Part shown: in pieces, positions 19,191 to 28,800 of the stretch
Layout of the letters: each line of letters begins with the position of its first letter
Position numbering within the stretch: position 1 is the stretch's first letter
NCBI GenBank assembly: GCA_013335095.1
Contig: JAAXWF010000002.1
Location: 80,516 to 144,515 of the forward strand
Length of the DNA: 64,000 bases
Source: a candidate division WWE3 bacterium
GTDB taxonomy: Bacteria > Patescibacteriota > 4484-211 > GCA-002791395
Direction: 5' to 3'
Made by a program: the position numbers and the translations under genes
The notes under the pieces: generated by a model
The model's database searches: none
Seen by the model: only the letters and a program-made list of their open reading frames with translations
What the model was told of the DNA's origin: nothing

Positions 19191-22100
19191 CTATTGGGTA
19201 AATTTCACGGCAGAGTTCTGGTTCATGACCATCTTTATCTGCTCGGAGGTGAGCGCATAATTATAAATCTGAACATCGTCGATAGTACCATCAAAATATC
19301 CTGTTGCTGGTGTAAACATACCGATTGTGGCTGGTCCGGTATTTTCGCTAATTATTCCGGTAGCACTCTCGGTTGCATCCAGTTTACCGTCAATATAAAT
19401 CTTAACCGCAGATCCATCATAGGTCACTGTTATAAAATACCATGTATTATTGTTAAGCGAGGTTGTTGAATCAGTCATATCAGAAGTTAAATCTGAAGAA
19501 CGAAATCGCACCAATTTGTTATAAATAGCTACATAAAACCCTGCAGTATCTTTTGAATAAATAAATCGATAATCATTTACCGGAAGATTAGTTCCCTTAA
19601 CCCAAGCTGATATAGACATGCTCGTAAATGTTTGCAATAAAGCAGGGTTGCCCAAGGTAATATAATCATCAACACCATCAAATAATATTCCGCTATTAAA
19701 TTTACCCGATGTAGTCCGAGTAGGGGAGTTAGTCAATGTTCCGTTCAAACCATTTCCAGTAGAATCATATGCTGTAGAACCAGAAGTTTCATCAAACTCC
19801 CAATGAGCGAGTGGCGCTCCATGATTATAGTCCCAGGCAATCTGTTCAGGAGTTCTTACATATGAATACAGTGTGGTTTTATCAATAACTCCCTTAAAAT
19901 AATCGCCACCATAATATCCCGCATCAATCTGATCGCCAAAAAGGATATGATCTGTTGTACCACCCAGATCATATGTACCAGTAGCTGTACAATCAAGGAC
20001 TCCATTTAAGTACCCTGTATGCGCACGTCCGGTCGCGTTATATGTCATTGTTGCATAATACCAACGATTAGAGGTCAATGTGCTCCCATCACAGCCACGA
20101 GTACCGCCCTCATACGTTTGATAGCTAATACGATCACTATTTGTTACCAACATTGCATAATGAGTACTACCACTATTATTAGCCGGACCTTTTGTAACAA
20201 TCCACCGAGTAGTACCTTCATTACCGGTGATATAAAACCAAGTAGATAAGGTGTAACTAGCTGGATTTAGTAACGCGTTGTGGGTTACCTGCATTCGGTC
20301 ATCCGTACCATCGAATAGAACAGCGTTACCAATTTTACCAATACCCCATGATGGGCTGCCTAATAAGGACCCGTTAAATGCGTTTCCGCTCAAATCATTA
20401 ACAGTCGTACCGGATTTCTCATCAAAGTTCCACACTGCAACCGGAGGATTACACGTTGAGGCATCACCGGGAACACAATATTCACGTGCAGCTGAGTTAT
20501 CTGGTGTTTTGCCATCTGACGCGGTACTTGTTGCACCAAATGTTTGTACTTTTCCTGAATTATATTCGCTCAGGATATCGGTTTGAGTTAAATCAGTTAA
20601 ATAAATCTTAACCTCGTCAATTGATCCATTAAAATATTCACCTCCATCATATGAATTACGACCGATATCAAGGTTACTTCCGCCAATGTAATCAGACGAG
20701 GTCGTATCTGATGCAACTACTTTTCCATCCATGTATAGCACCCGCGCTTTAGTCGTCGCATTGTACGAACATGCAACATGATGCCAATTTGAATCTGTAT
20801 ATGTTGCAGTTGAATAAATGTCATTAGCGTAGAATCCGCAATGGAGCGTATTATTTGGATTGAATCGAAAATCGAGCATTCGATTAACTAATTGTTGTGT
20901 TCCAGAAGAAATTATCGTAGTTGCGATTCCGCTGGCCGCGCGTTTTACCCATGAACTTAACGTAAAAGATGAATTTGCTAATGCCAGCCCACTACTGACA
21001 TTTATATAATCATTCGATCCATCAAACTTTATGCCTTTGTAATACTTTCCATCATTCGTCCATCCCGAGGTTGAGGTAGCGGGGGATGCCATATTTGTTA
21101 ATGTACCATTTAGAGTAGAACCGCCAGTACCGATATTGTTAGCCGTAGTACCATACCCCTCATCAAAATTCATATGGAGTGCCGCGCTGCCGACTGGAGT
21201 ACCGACCAATGGATGCCCGGCGTTCATATCTTGAATGATTTGAGAAGGAGTACGAACGTAGTTATACAAGCGGACGTCGTCCATATTTCCACCCCAAGAA
21301 TGATTCCCGATCTCAAGAGTTTGTGAAGAATCATCTTCACGAGAACCCGAAGCATTGCCGCCTGTGAATGGTACTGATGTACCATTATAATAAATTTTTA
21401 TCCCTGCAGTAGTTGAACTTCCATCCCATGTAACGGCAACGTGATACCATTTACTAGGGTCATACGTACTATTGGCCGAACCATCATTACCTGCAGTTGA
21501 TGCATACAAATTAGAGGTAGAGTAACCGACTTCAAACTGGATATCATCGTCTTTATAGTTATTAACACCCCATCCGGATGATCCGTGACTAGCATTTTTA
21601 CCAATTGCTTCGTCGTCTGAACCATTTTTGTTTTGCGTCCAATATGAAATGGTTAGCGCAGATAAGTTATCAAAGGCGGCAGGAGAACCGGCACTAACGA
21701 CATCATTCACACCGTCGATAGTTAATGCCTTTCCATATTTCCCATTTGTCCATTGAGCGCTCCCGGTAATTGACCCATCGTACCCTCGACCACTAGAGTC
21801 GTTTGCGGTAGAACTACTCCCTTCATCAAACTTCCAATACCCAATGGGACCAGGAACCCAATTATATAGTCGGGATATTTCTGCTCCATCTAGGGCTCGA
21901 TTGTAAATCCGAAGGTCATCAATATATCCATTAAATCCACTGGTACCTGAACTAAGCGCCCCAATTGCAGTTGCACTAGAATTACCAACAGGAACGGAGG
22001 TATCGACGGCAGTTTCAACAAGAACTCCATTAATATATAAACTTGCAAGATTTTTACCTTCATCAAATGATGCAGCAAAATGATACCATTTGTTCTGTTC

Positions 22101-25100
22101 ACTTGAACCAATCCATGTATCTAGAGAGTTTGTAGACCAACCAATGGCATGCCCAAATGAGATCTGACCATAACCAATAGCCACATAGTAAGGTACATCG
22201 GCCTCTGCATATAAACTACCTTTTGCTATCAAAAATTGCCAATCATGACTCGTATTGGCATTTGTATCGTAAAACCACCCCGAAATAGTGTAATTATTCG
22301 TTAAGTTGAGTGATGCTGTATTGGGTATAGCAATATAGTCACTAGTACCATCAAATGCCGTACCTAATCCATATCGCCCATTAACAGATGTCGTATTGCC
22401 ATTCCACGCACCATCAACACCATTTCCCGATTTGTCACATGAATCATTAGTACCTCCAGTACAACTATTTGCTGCAGTTTCATCCATAGGCCAATACCCA
22501 ACGAGACCATCTGATAAAGAAATTGCCGCATCACTCCCCCCAAAGGATGCCGAGATTCCAACATCATTGTTTTTACTACGAAAATCACCTAAAACCAAGT
22601 TATTCAAACGAGCGTAGTTATAAAATTTAACCTCATCAATTGATCCAGTCCAATAATTTTCTACACTAGTTCCGTTATATCCAGCGCCAACATACAGCGT
22701 AGGGGATGAACCTGAAATTGACCCAGTCGCACTGATACCTCCCTGTTGATCGACAAGCATGCCGTCAACATACAAAGAGAGCGTTGAAGTTCCATTTTTC
22801 ACCATTTCAACAAAATGCCATTTTGAATCGGCATACGATGCAGTCGAGCAGGCATCATCTTCAGGAAACGAGGTTGCGTCGTCATCGATACCAAAACAAA
22901 TCGTACCACTGCTATTCATATATGCTTTGTATCCGCCACTCGCATATCGAGTAATGAGCGTATCTGTACCACTAACTACACTTGGATGTCTAAACCACAT
23001 TGAAACGGTAAAGCTTTCGGTGGATGGATTTAGTTCAGTATCGGAAGAATATGTCCTTGAAACAACATCATTTGTACCGTCAAACAGTAGACATTTATCA
23101 GAAGCGCATAAACTCTCATCTTGCCACACGGGACCGTTTAACACCGCTGAATTAAGGCTACTTGTCGCATCATTAATAGTAGTACCAGTACCTTCGTTAA
23201 GAGGATAATACAAAGTGGCGGTACCATCAGTAATACAACTTGATACAAACTTCCAATTAGTGTTACTTACCGACGTAGAAGAATATGCAGTGACCTTACC
23301 ATTCTGATCTCTTACCGATACATCGAATATTTCAAAGGAACCATTACCTGACCACGTCCGAGCAGAACCATTTGTAGTGGAAGTAATTGCAATAGCATCA
23401 GATCCACCACATCCCGACATTGTTCCAAATAACATCGCGCCACTATTTGTGACACCACTAGATCCAACAGTCATATCCCCAGTTGAACTATTCTTCCATA
23501 CCCCCGTAGTTGTAATCGTGTATGAGCCAGAATTTATTGAAGAATCGAATTGATTGAACTGACCAGAAACAGTTGTAACATCATCAACGGTCAATGTATA
23601 TGCGCCAGATAAGTTAAATACAGAGTCGACAGATACAATAAAGTCCTGGCCCGTTCCATCCAAAGAAAGATTTGAGCTAAGAATAAATTTACCATCTGAC
23701 TTATTTACCGTAAAAGTGCCGTCAGGTAACTCGCCACCACTCGATGAAAACGTTTGATCTTTATTTCCTAATATCTTTATTGGAACGTTTCCACTAGTAC
23801 CATTGTTTGCAATCGTAATATTACCCGAGACTGCGAGTATTCCTGGTCCATCTACGTATCCAGATCCACACCCACCGCTGTCAAAAGTCAAAGTACCGTC
23901 TATCGTTAAGGTTGTGCCTGAAGCGACCGCCAAATTATCGTTGCATGATAATACCGTAAAGTTATAAAAACTTTGACTTCCGGTTATTACACCAGTCCAA
24001 TCGTACGATGAGGTAAACAGCACCGTACTGGTACCAAAGTTTAGAGTACCACCTGTATACGTGTAATCGTTTGTAAAACGTATTGTTCCGCTAAATATAA
24101 GTACTCCGCTCGATTTGTTTACTACAATCGAAGGAAACGCAGCTGTACTGCTATCACCGGAAATAGTCTGATTACCTACACCATTTATAGTTATAACTCC
24201 ATCTCCTGTAATACCGTTACTTGTTGAGGTAATATCTCCATTTGCAATTATCGAACCGGGTCCCTCTAATACTCCACTTCCACACCCATGACTGTCCAAG
24301 GTTAATGTACCATCTACTGTAATTGTTGTACCTGATGCAATTGATAGATTATCTTGGCACGAATATATCGTAAAGTTATAAAAACTTTGACTTCCGGTTA
24401 TTACACCAGTCCAATCGTACGATGAGGAAAAAAGTACTGTACTAGTACCTACACTTAAAGTACCTGCTGTATACGTGTAATCGTTCGGAAAACGCATCGT
24501 TCCACTATATGTAAGAATTCCACTAGGCTTATTTACTACAATTGAAGGTAAGGATGCGGAACTGCCATCTCCTGAAATAGTCTGATTCCCGGTACCACTT
24601 ATAGTTATAACTCCATCTCCTGTAATACCGTTACTTGTTGAGGTAATATCTCCATTTGCAATTATCGAACCGGGTCCCTCTAATACTCCGCTTCCACACC
24701 CATGACTGTCCAAGGTTAATGTACCATCTACTGTAATTGTTGTACCTGATGCTATCGATAAATTATCGGCACAGGAATAAATCGAAAAGTTATTAAAATT
24801 TCGAGATCCACTTACAACGCTGTAATAATCATCTGATGCGGTTATACGAACAGTTCCTGAATTTGTATTAAAGGTACCACCTGATATCGTCCAGTTATCA
24901 TATTCTGATAGGATCCCGCCAGTAGAGGTAAACGTTCCTCCCGATAGTAAAAAGTCGCCGCCATATTGAATAGTTATGTCTCCAGAACTCGCTCCAGTAA
25001 ATGTACCGCCGCGCTGTTCGAATCCCAGTGAGCCGATATAAAAAGACACACCCGAACCTTGAGTAACCGTCCCTGAGTAGTTTGTTTCAATTAATATGCC

Positions 25101-25421
25101 ACCACCAGTATCATCTGGATCATTGAATCCTGAGTTTATCGTTACATTTTTATTTGGAGTACCAGTAGTACACGTCGGACCTCCAAAGATAGCCCGATCG
25201 GTGTTGGCAGGTACAGTATTTCCAGCCCAATTTGCTCCTTCGGTCCAATTATTCGTACTACCCTCACCATCCCAACATTTATCAGCCGCCATCGAGACAT
25301 TGGGCGAAGACAACGAAATAATCCATAAAACAAATATAGTAATGACAATACGTACCCCTTGGAGTGAAAATAAATTTTGAGCAGTCATAAATAAACTATT
25401 TCTCATTCGACGAAATATCAA
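19191..25421 (-). CDS. giant surface protein paralog 3 (2076 aa): signal-anchor, Gly/Thr-rich beta-helix-like N-region containing ~140-aa tandem repeats, then LamG/ConA-like repeats
   Basis: TM (VITIFVLWIISLSS). The N-region 'CWDGEGSTNNWTEGANWAGNTVPANTDRAIFGG…' and the repeats '…SGTTITVDGTLTLDSHGCGSGVLEGPGSIIANGDITSTSNGITGDGVITISGTGNQTISGD…' have no DUF2341 N-domain. The C-terminal 1200 aa carry the same LamG linker motifs as the other paralogs (GYWPMDETAANSCTGGTNDSCDKSGNG, YNYVRTPSQIIQDMNAGHPLVGTPV, REYCVPGDASTCNP). An alternative start lies a few codons inside. Confidence 0.8.
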   Translation of the reverse strand: MIFRRMRNSLFMTAQNLFSLQGVRIVITIFVLWIISLSSPNVSMAADKCWDGEGSTNNWTEGANWAGNTVPANTDRAIFGGPTCTTGTPNKNVTINSGFNDPDDTGGGILIETNYSGTVTQGSGVSFYIGSLGFEQRGGTFTGASSGDITIQYGGDFLLSGGTFTSTGGILSEYDNWTISGGTFNTNSGTVRITASDDYYSVVSGSRNFNNFSIYSCADNLSIASGTTITVDGTLTLDSHGCGSGVLEGPGSIIANGDITSTSNGITGDGVITISGTGNQTISGDGSSASLPSIVVNKPSGILTYSGTMRFPNDYTYTAGTLSVGTSTVLFSSSYDWTGVITGSQSFYNFTIYSCQDNLSIASGTTITVDGTLTLDSHGCGSGVLEGPGSIIANGDITSTSNGITGDGVITINGVGNQTISGDSSTAAFPSIVVNKSSGVLIFSGTIRFTNDYTYTGGTLNFGTSTVLFTSSYDWTGVITGSQSFYNFTVLSCNDNLAVASGTTLTIDGTLTFDSGGCGSGYVDGPGILAVSGNITIANNGTSGNVPIKILGNKDQTFSSSGGELPDGTFTVNKSDGKFILSSNLSLDGTGQDFIVSVDSVFNLSGAYTLTVDDVTTVSGQFNQFDSSINSGSYTITTTGVWKNSSTGDMTVGSSGVTNSGAMLFGTMSGCGGSDAIAITSTTNGSARTWSGNGSFEIFDVSVRDQNGKVTAYSSTSVSNTNWKFVSSCITDGTATLYYPLNEGTGTTINDATSSLNSAVLNGPVWQDESLCASDKCLLFDGTNDVVSRTYSSDTELNPSTESFTVSMWFRHPSVVSGTDTLITRYASGGYKAYMNSSGTICFGIDDDATSFPEDDACSTASYADSKWHFVEMVKNGTSTLSLYVDGMLVDQQGGISATGSISGSSPTLYVGAGYNGTSVENYWTGSIDEVKFYNYARLNNLVLGDFRSKNNDVGISASFGGSDAAISLSDGLVGYWPMDETAANSCTGGTNDSCDKSGNGVDGAWNGNTTSVNGRYGLGTAFDGTSDYIAIPNTASLNLTNNYTISGWFYDTNANTSHDWQFLIAKGSLYAEADVPYYVAIGYGQISFGHAIGWSTNSLDTWIGSSEQNKWYHFAASFDEGKNLASLYINGVLVETAVDTSVPVGNSSATAIGALSSGTSGFNGYIDDLRIYNRALDGAEISRLYNWVPGPIGYWKFDEGSSSTANDSSGRGYDGSITGSAQWTNGKYGKALTIDGVNDVVSAGSPAAFDNLSALTISYWTQNKNGSDDEAIGKNASHGSSGWGVNNYKDDDIQFEVGYSTSNLYASTAGNDGSANSTYDPSKWYHVAVTWDGSSTTAGIKIYYNGTSVPFTGGNASGSREDDSSQTLEIGNHSWGGNMDDVRLYNYVRTPSQIIQDMNAGHPLVGTPVGSAALHMNFDEGYGTTANNIGTGGSTLNGTLTNMASPATSTSGWTNDGKYYKGIKFDGSNDYINVSSGLALANSSFTLSSWVKRAASGIATTIISSGTQQLVNRMLDFRFNPNNTLHCGFYANDIYSTATYTDSNWHHVACSYNATTKARVLYMDGKVVASDTTSSDYIGGSNLDIGRNSYDGGEYFNGSIDEVKIYLTDLTQTDILSEYNSGKVQTFGATSTASDGKTPDNSAAREYCVPGDASTCNPPVAVWNFDEKSGTTVNDLSGNAFNGSLLGSPSWGIGKIGNAVLFDGTDDRMQVTHNALLNPASYTLSTWFYITGNEGTTRWIVTKGPANNSGSTHYAMLVTNSDRISYQTYEGGTRGCDGSTLTSNRWYYATMTYNATGRAHTGYLNGVLDCTATGTYDLGGTTDHILFGDQIDAGYYGGDYFKGVIDKTTLYSYVRTPEQIAWDYNHGAPLAHWEFDETSGSTAYDSTGNGLNGTLTNSPTRTTSGKFNSGILFDGVDDYITLGNPALLQTFTSMSISAWVKGTNLPVNDYRFIYSKDTAGFYVAIYNKLVRFRSSDLTSDMTDSTTSLNNNTWYFITVTYDGSAVKIYIDGKLDATESATGIISENTGPATIGMFTPATGYFDGTIDDVQIYNYALTSEQIKMVMNQNSAVKFTQ
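23935..24790. repeat. direct tandem repeat, unit ~420 bp, ~2 near-identical units plus a diverged third copy upstream (to ~23770), inside paralog 3 coding sequence
   Basis: The + strand runs 24188-24360 and 24608-24780 are nearly identical base for base (…ccgttacttgttgaggtaatatctccatttgcaattatcgaaccgggtccctctaatactcc…). Likewise 23940-24130 matches 24360-24550 (…cgtaaagttataaaaactttgacttccggttattacaccagtccaatcgtacgatgagg…). Confidence 0.8.
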
Positions 25422-25830
25422 TAATAGTATCGTTTACCGGATCATATACAATACTCATTGTTTCAAAAAGTAACACAACATTACCTTCACTTACTTTAGT
25501 GATTTTTTTTAAACGTTTAAGTGATTCTACGTCTTTTACCACACCAACAGTTGCCGATGAGTTTTGTGGTATCTGAATTGTTTTTTCAATTTCATGTACA
25601 TATTCATTCTTTTCAACTTGATCAGCTTGTAGTGTATTAATATTTTTTAAGTATCGATCTACGCGGCGATCCAAGTAGACGATAAGAAAGCACAGTAAAG
25701 GAAGCATGACCATAGAGGTAACAAAAAACATACGGTACTTCCTTAGCAATGGATAATCTAAAACGATTGTGTGAGTCTTTTTCTGTAGCAAATTTAGACG
25801 ATCCTTTATTCTATTTATTAATTGATTCAT
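25396..25830 (-). CDS. small single-pass membrane protein (144 aa), hypothetical, embedded between giant paralogs 3 and 4
   Basis: One TM helix (MFFVTSMVMLPLLCFLIVYL) and no recognisable domain. The stop overlaps the annotated start of paralog 3 by ~25 nt on the same strand. Confidence 0.45.
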   Translation of the reverse strand: MNQLINRIKDRLNLLQKKTHTIVLDYPLLRKYRMFFVTSMVMLPLLCFLIVYLDRRVDRYLKNINTLQADQVEKNEYVHEIEKTIQIPQNSSATVGVVKDVESLKRLKKITKVSEGNVVLLFETMSIVYDPVNDTIIDISSNEK

Positions 25831-25860
25831 ACAGGTTCATTATAGTCAAACGACGCTCCG

Positions 25861-28800
25861 CTAGAAACGCACCGATGCATTGTCATTTAGGGCCGTCTGT
25901 ACTTGCAGTTGTGAAAGGGGATAATTATAAATCCTAACATCATCGATAGTTCCGGTAAACGTGCGATCAGTGGCGGATCGACTTCCAATTATTACATCGC
26001 GCGAAGAGTCATCACTGGCCGATGTTGCCGGAGTATTATTTTCAGTCGTCGAAACAAGCTTGCCGTTGATATAAAAGATTGGATCGTTTGAAGCACTGGA
26101 TCGATTATAGACAACCGCGACATGAGTCCATTGAGATAAAGAGATCGAATTTGTCGGAGTAGACCACCATCCCCAATTCGCACCGCCAAAATTTATGAAA
26201 AATCCTAAGCTATTGTTGTTGCACAGAATACCGCCATCACTACACACAAATAGTCCCCATCCGCTCGACGAAACAGGATCAGTTCCTTTATCTACGATCC
26301 GTCCAAATCCGCCTTCACCATAACTAGTTGGATTAATCCAAGCCGCGACAGTCACCATATTCAAATTATCTAATGCAGTTGGAGACCCTGCATTTATGTT
26401 ATCGTCAATTCCATCAAAAGTTACGGCACTTGAGATATGCCCCAAAGTCGTTCGTGTTGGTGTATTCGTAAATGTACCGTTAAATGCATTTCCCGAAGCA
26501 TCATATGCAGTACTGCCGGATGTTTCATCAAGTTTCCAATGAGCTACAGGAAGACCTCGATTATAATCCCATGCAACTTGAGCGGGCGTGCGCGCATAGT
26601 CATATAACAGGACGTTGTCTAAAGATCCCGATAAGGGGAAAATCCCTCCGGAACCGTGATTAAACAATGAATTAACGACTAATGAGGTAGTACCATTACT
26701 TAGTGTTTGGGTAGATCCTTGCATCACACCATTTACGTAAAAGGTAACCGAACTGGACTGGCGAGCAATTTCTAAGTGATACCATCGATTTGCAGTAAAA
26801 CCTGAATGTGAAACCGCAACAGCTTCTCCCAAAGCCGGACTATAATAAATATTCCCCGAACTTCCAATACTATCGATATAAACGCCATATATACCTGGTG
26901 AGTTTCCCACAAGAACGGCGTCATTATTCGAAGATTCTTGATGCTTAAACCATAGACTTATGGTATTGCTAGTACCTAAATTCAAATTGCTAAATGTAGC
27001 AACATCGGCGGAATCATTGCCTGCCATTGTATACGTTTTTCCGATCTTTCCCGGCTCCCATTGTCCAACTGTTGAGCTATCAACGAGAGTTGCATCACGA
27101 TTGTTGCCGGAACGATCTTTAATGCTGCTACCGGTACCATCATCAAAACTCCATACTGCAACCGGAGGATTACAGGAAGCCGCATCACCTGGAACGCAAT
27201 ATTGGCGGTCAGATGAATTAGATGTCGTCGTTCCATTACTGGCGGTAGACAGAGATCCTAAAGTTAATGAACTTGACTGATTTCTAAGGTTTTTTACTTG
27301 ATCTGATGATAGGGGTGAATTGAAAATATGTACGTCATCAATCGTACCGTCAAACTCATTATCAGCGCCATCGCTACGACGGCCAATATCAACCGTCGAA
27401 CTACCATTTGACATACTATATGCAGGAGTGGTATCGGTATATCGGAGTTCACCATCGAGATAAATGTCCAATCGGACATCACTAATAATTACGCACGTTA
27501 AATTATGCCAAGATCCAGTAGTGACATTTACCCCTGTAATATAGCCCTCACCACCACCGGCTCCAAGATGATTATTACCACCTGCCGTCCACGCTTCACA
27601 GTACGCATTACTGGTGCCGTAAAAACCTAAGCCCCATTCATAATTATCAGTAGTCCCTTTAGTTACCAAGTATGTTCTCGAACCGCTTGCAATCGAGTCG
27701 GCATTAAACCACGCTGAGACGGTTAGTCCTTCATTCCATGATGGGGAAAAAATATCTCGATCGGGGATGGAAATATAATCATCGACGCCATCAAACTTCA
27801 ATGCTTTATCAAATTTGCCTGAATTAGTCCAACCAGAAGAAGCACTGGCAGGAGATGAGAATCCATTTAGCGATCCATTAATTGATGATCCATCAGAACC
27901 GCTATTATTGGCAGTTGTACTATTTCCTTCATCGAATTTCCAATAACCGGCAGATACGGGAACAACAGGATCATTCGTCGATGCACCGTGCATATCTGCC
28001 AAGATTTGATCATACGTTTGAGCATAATTATAAATACGGACATCATCAATAATGCCTGGAATAACCATAGTAGGAGACCAAGGTTCAGCGCCAAACCATA
28101 AATTTGAAGCACCAACGTAGGAGATAGCACCTGTATAGTTGTTAGTACCTGATAATATTCCGTCTACATAAATATTAACTGTAGATCCATCATAAGTTCC
28201 CGTAAGGAAATACCAAGTATCTGGTAACAACGTTGCACTAACGGCGGTAGTTGATCCAGAACCATAAAGTACACGAAACCGGGCAAAAGTACTTGTACCA
28301 CTTCCATCAGTATTCAGATGCAAAGAATAACCTGCCTGATTATTCCAATCTTGATCAGAAATAATTCCAGCTTCTTTCCAAGCAGTATGCATTGATGAAT
28401 CAAATTTGATCCATGCCGAAACGGTTAATCGCTGAGGACGAAGCAAGGCATTGTTATTTACAACAATACGATCATCTGAACCCGAGAATTGAACTCCCTT
28501 ACTAACCTTCGATGATACCCATGGATCTGCAGGAAGATTCGTTAAGGTCCCATCATTCGCATTGCCTGACAAATCTTGAGCGACAGTTCCACTACCATCA
28601 TTTAAGTTCCAATATCCGATTGGTCCAGGGGCAAAATGATATAAAGCCATTACATCATTTGAAGTCAAAGCTCTATTATAAATGCGTAGTTCATCAAAAT
28701 TAGCTGATGTCGGAGTACCTATTAGACTATCTCGGCCAATGAATAATAGATTGCTCGAATAATTTCTAGATTCTGATGCAGTATGTTCTGCTATACCATC

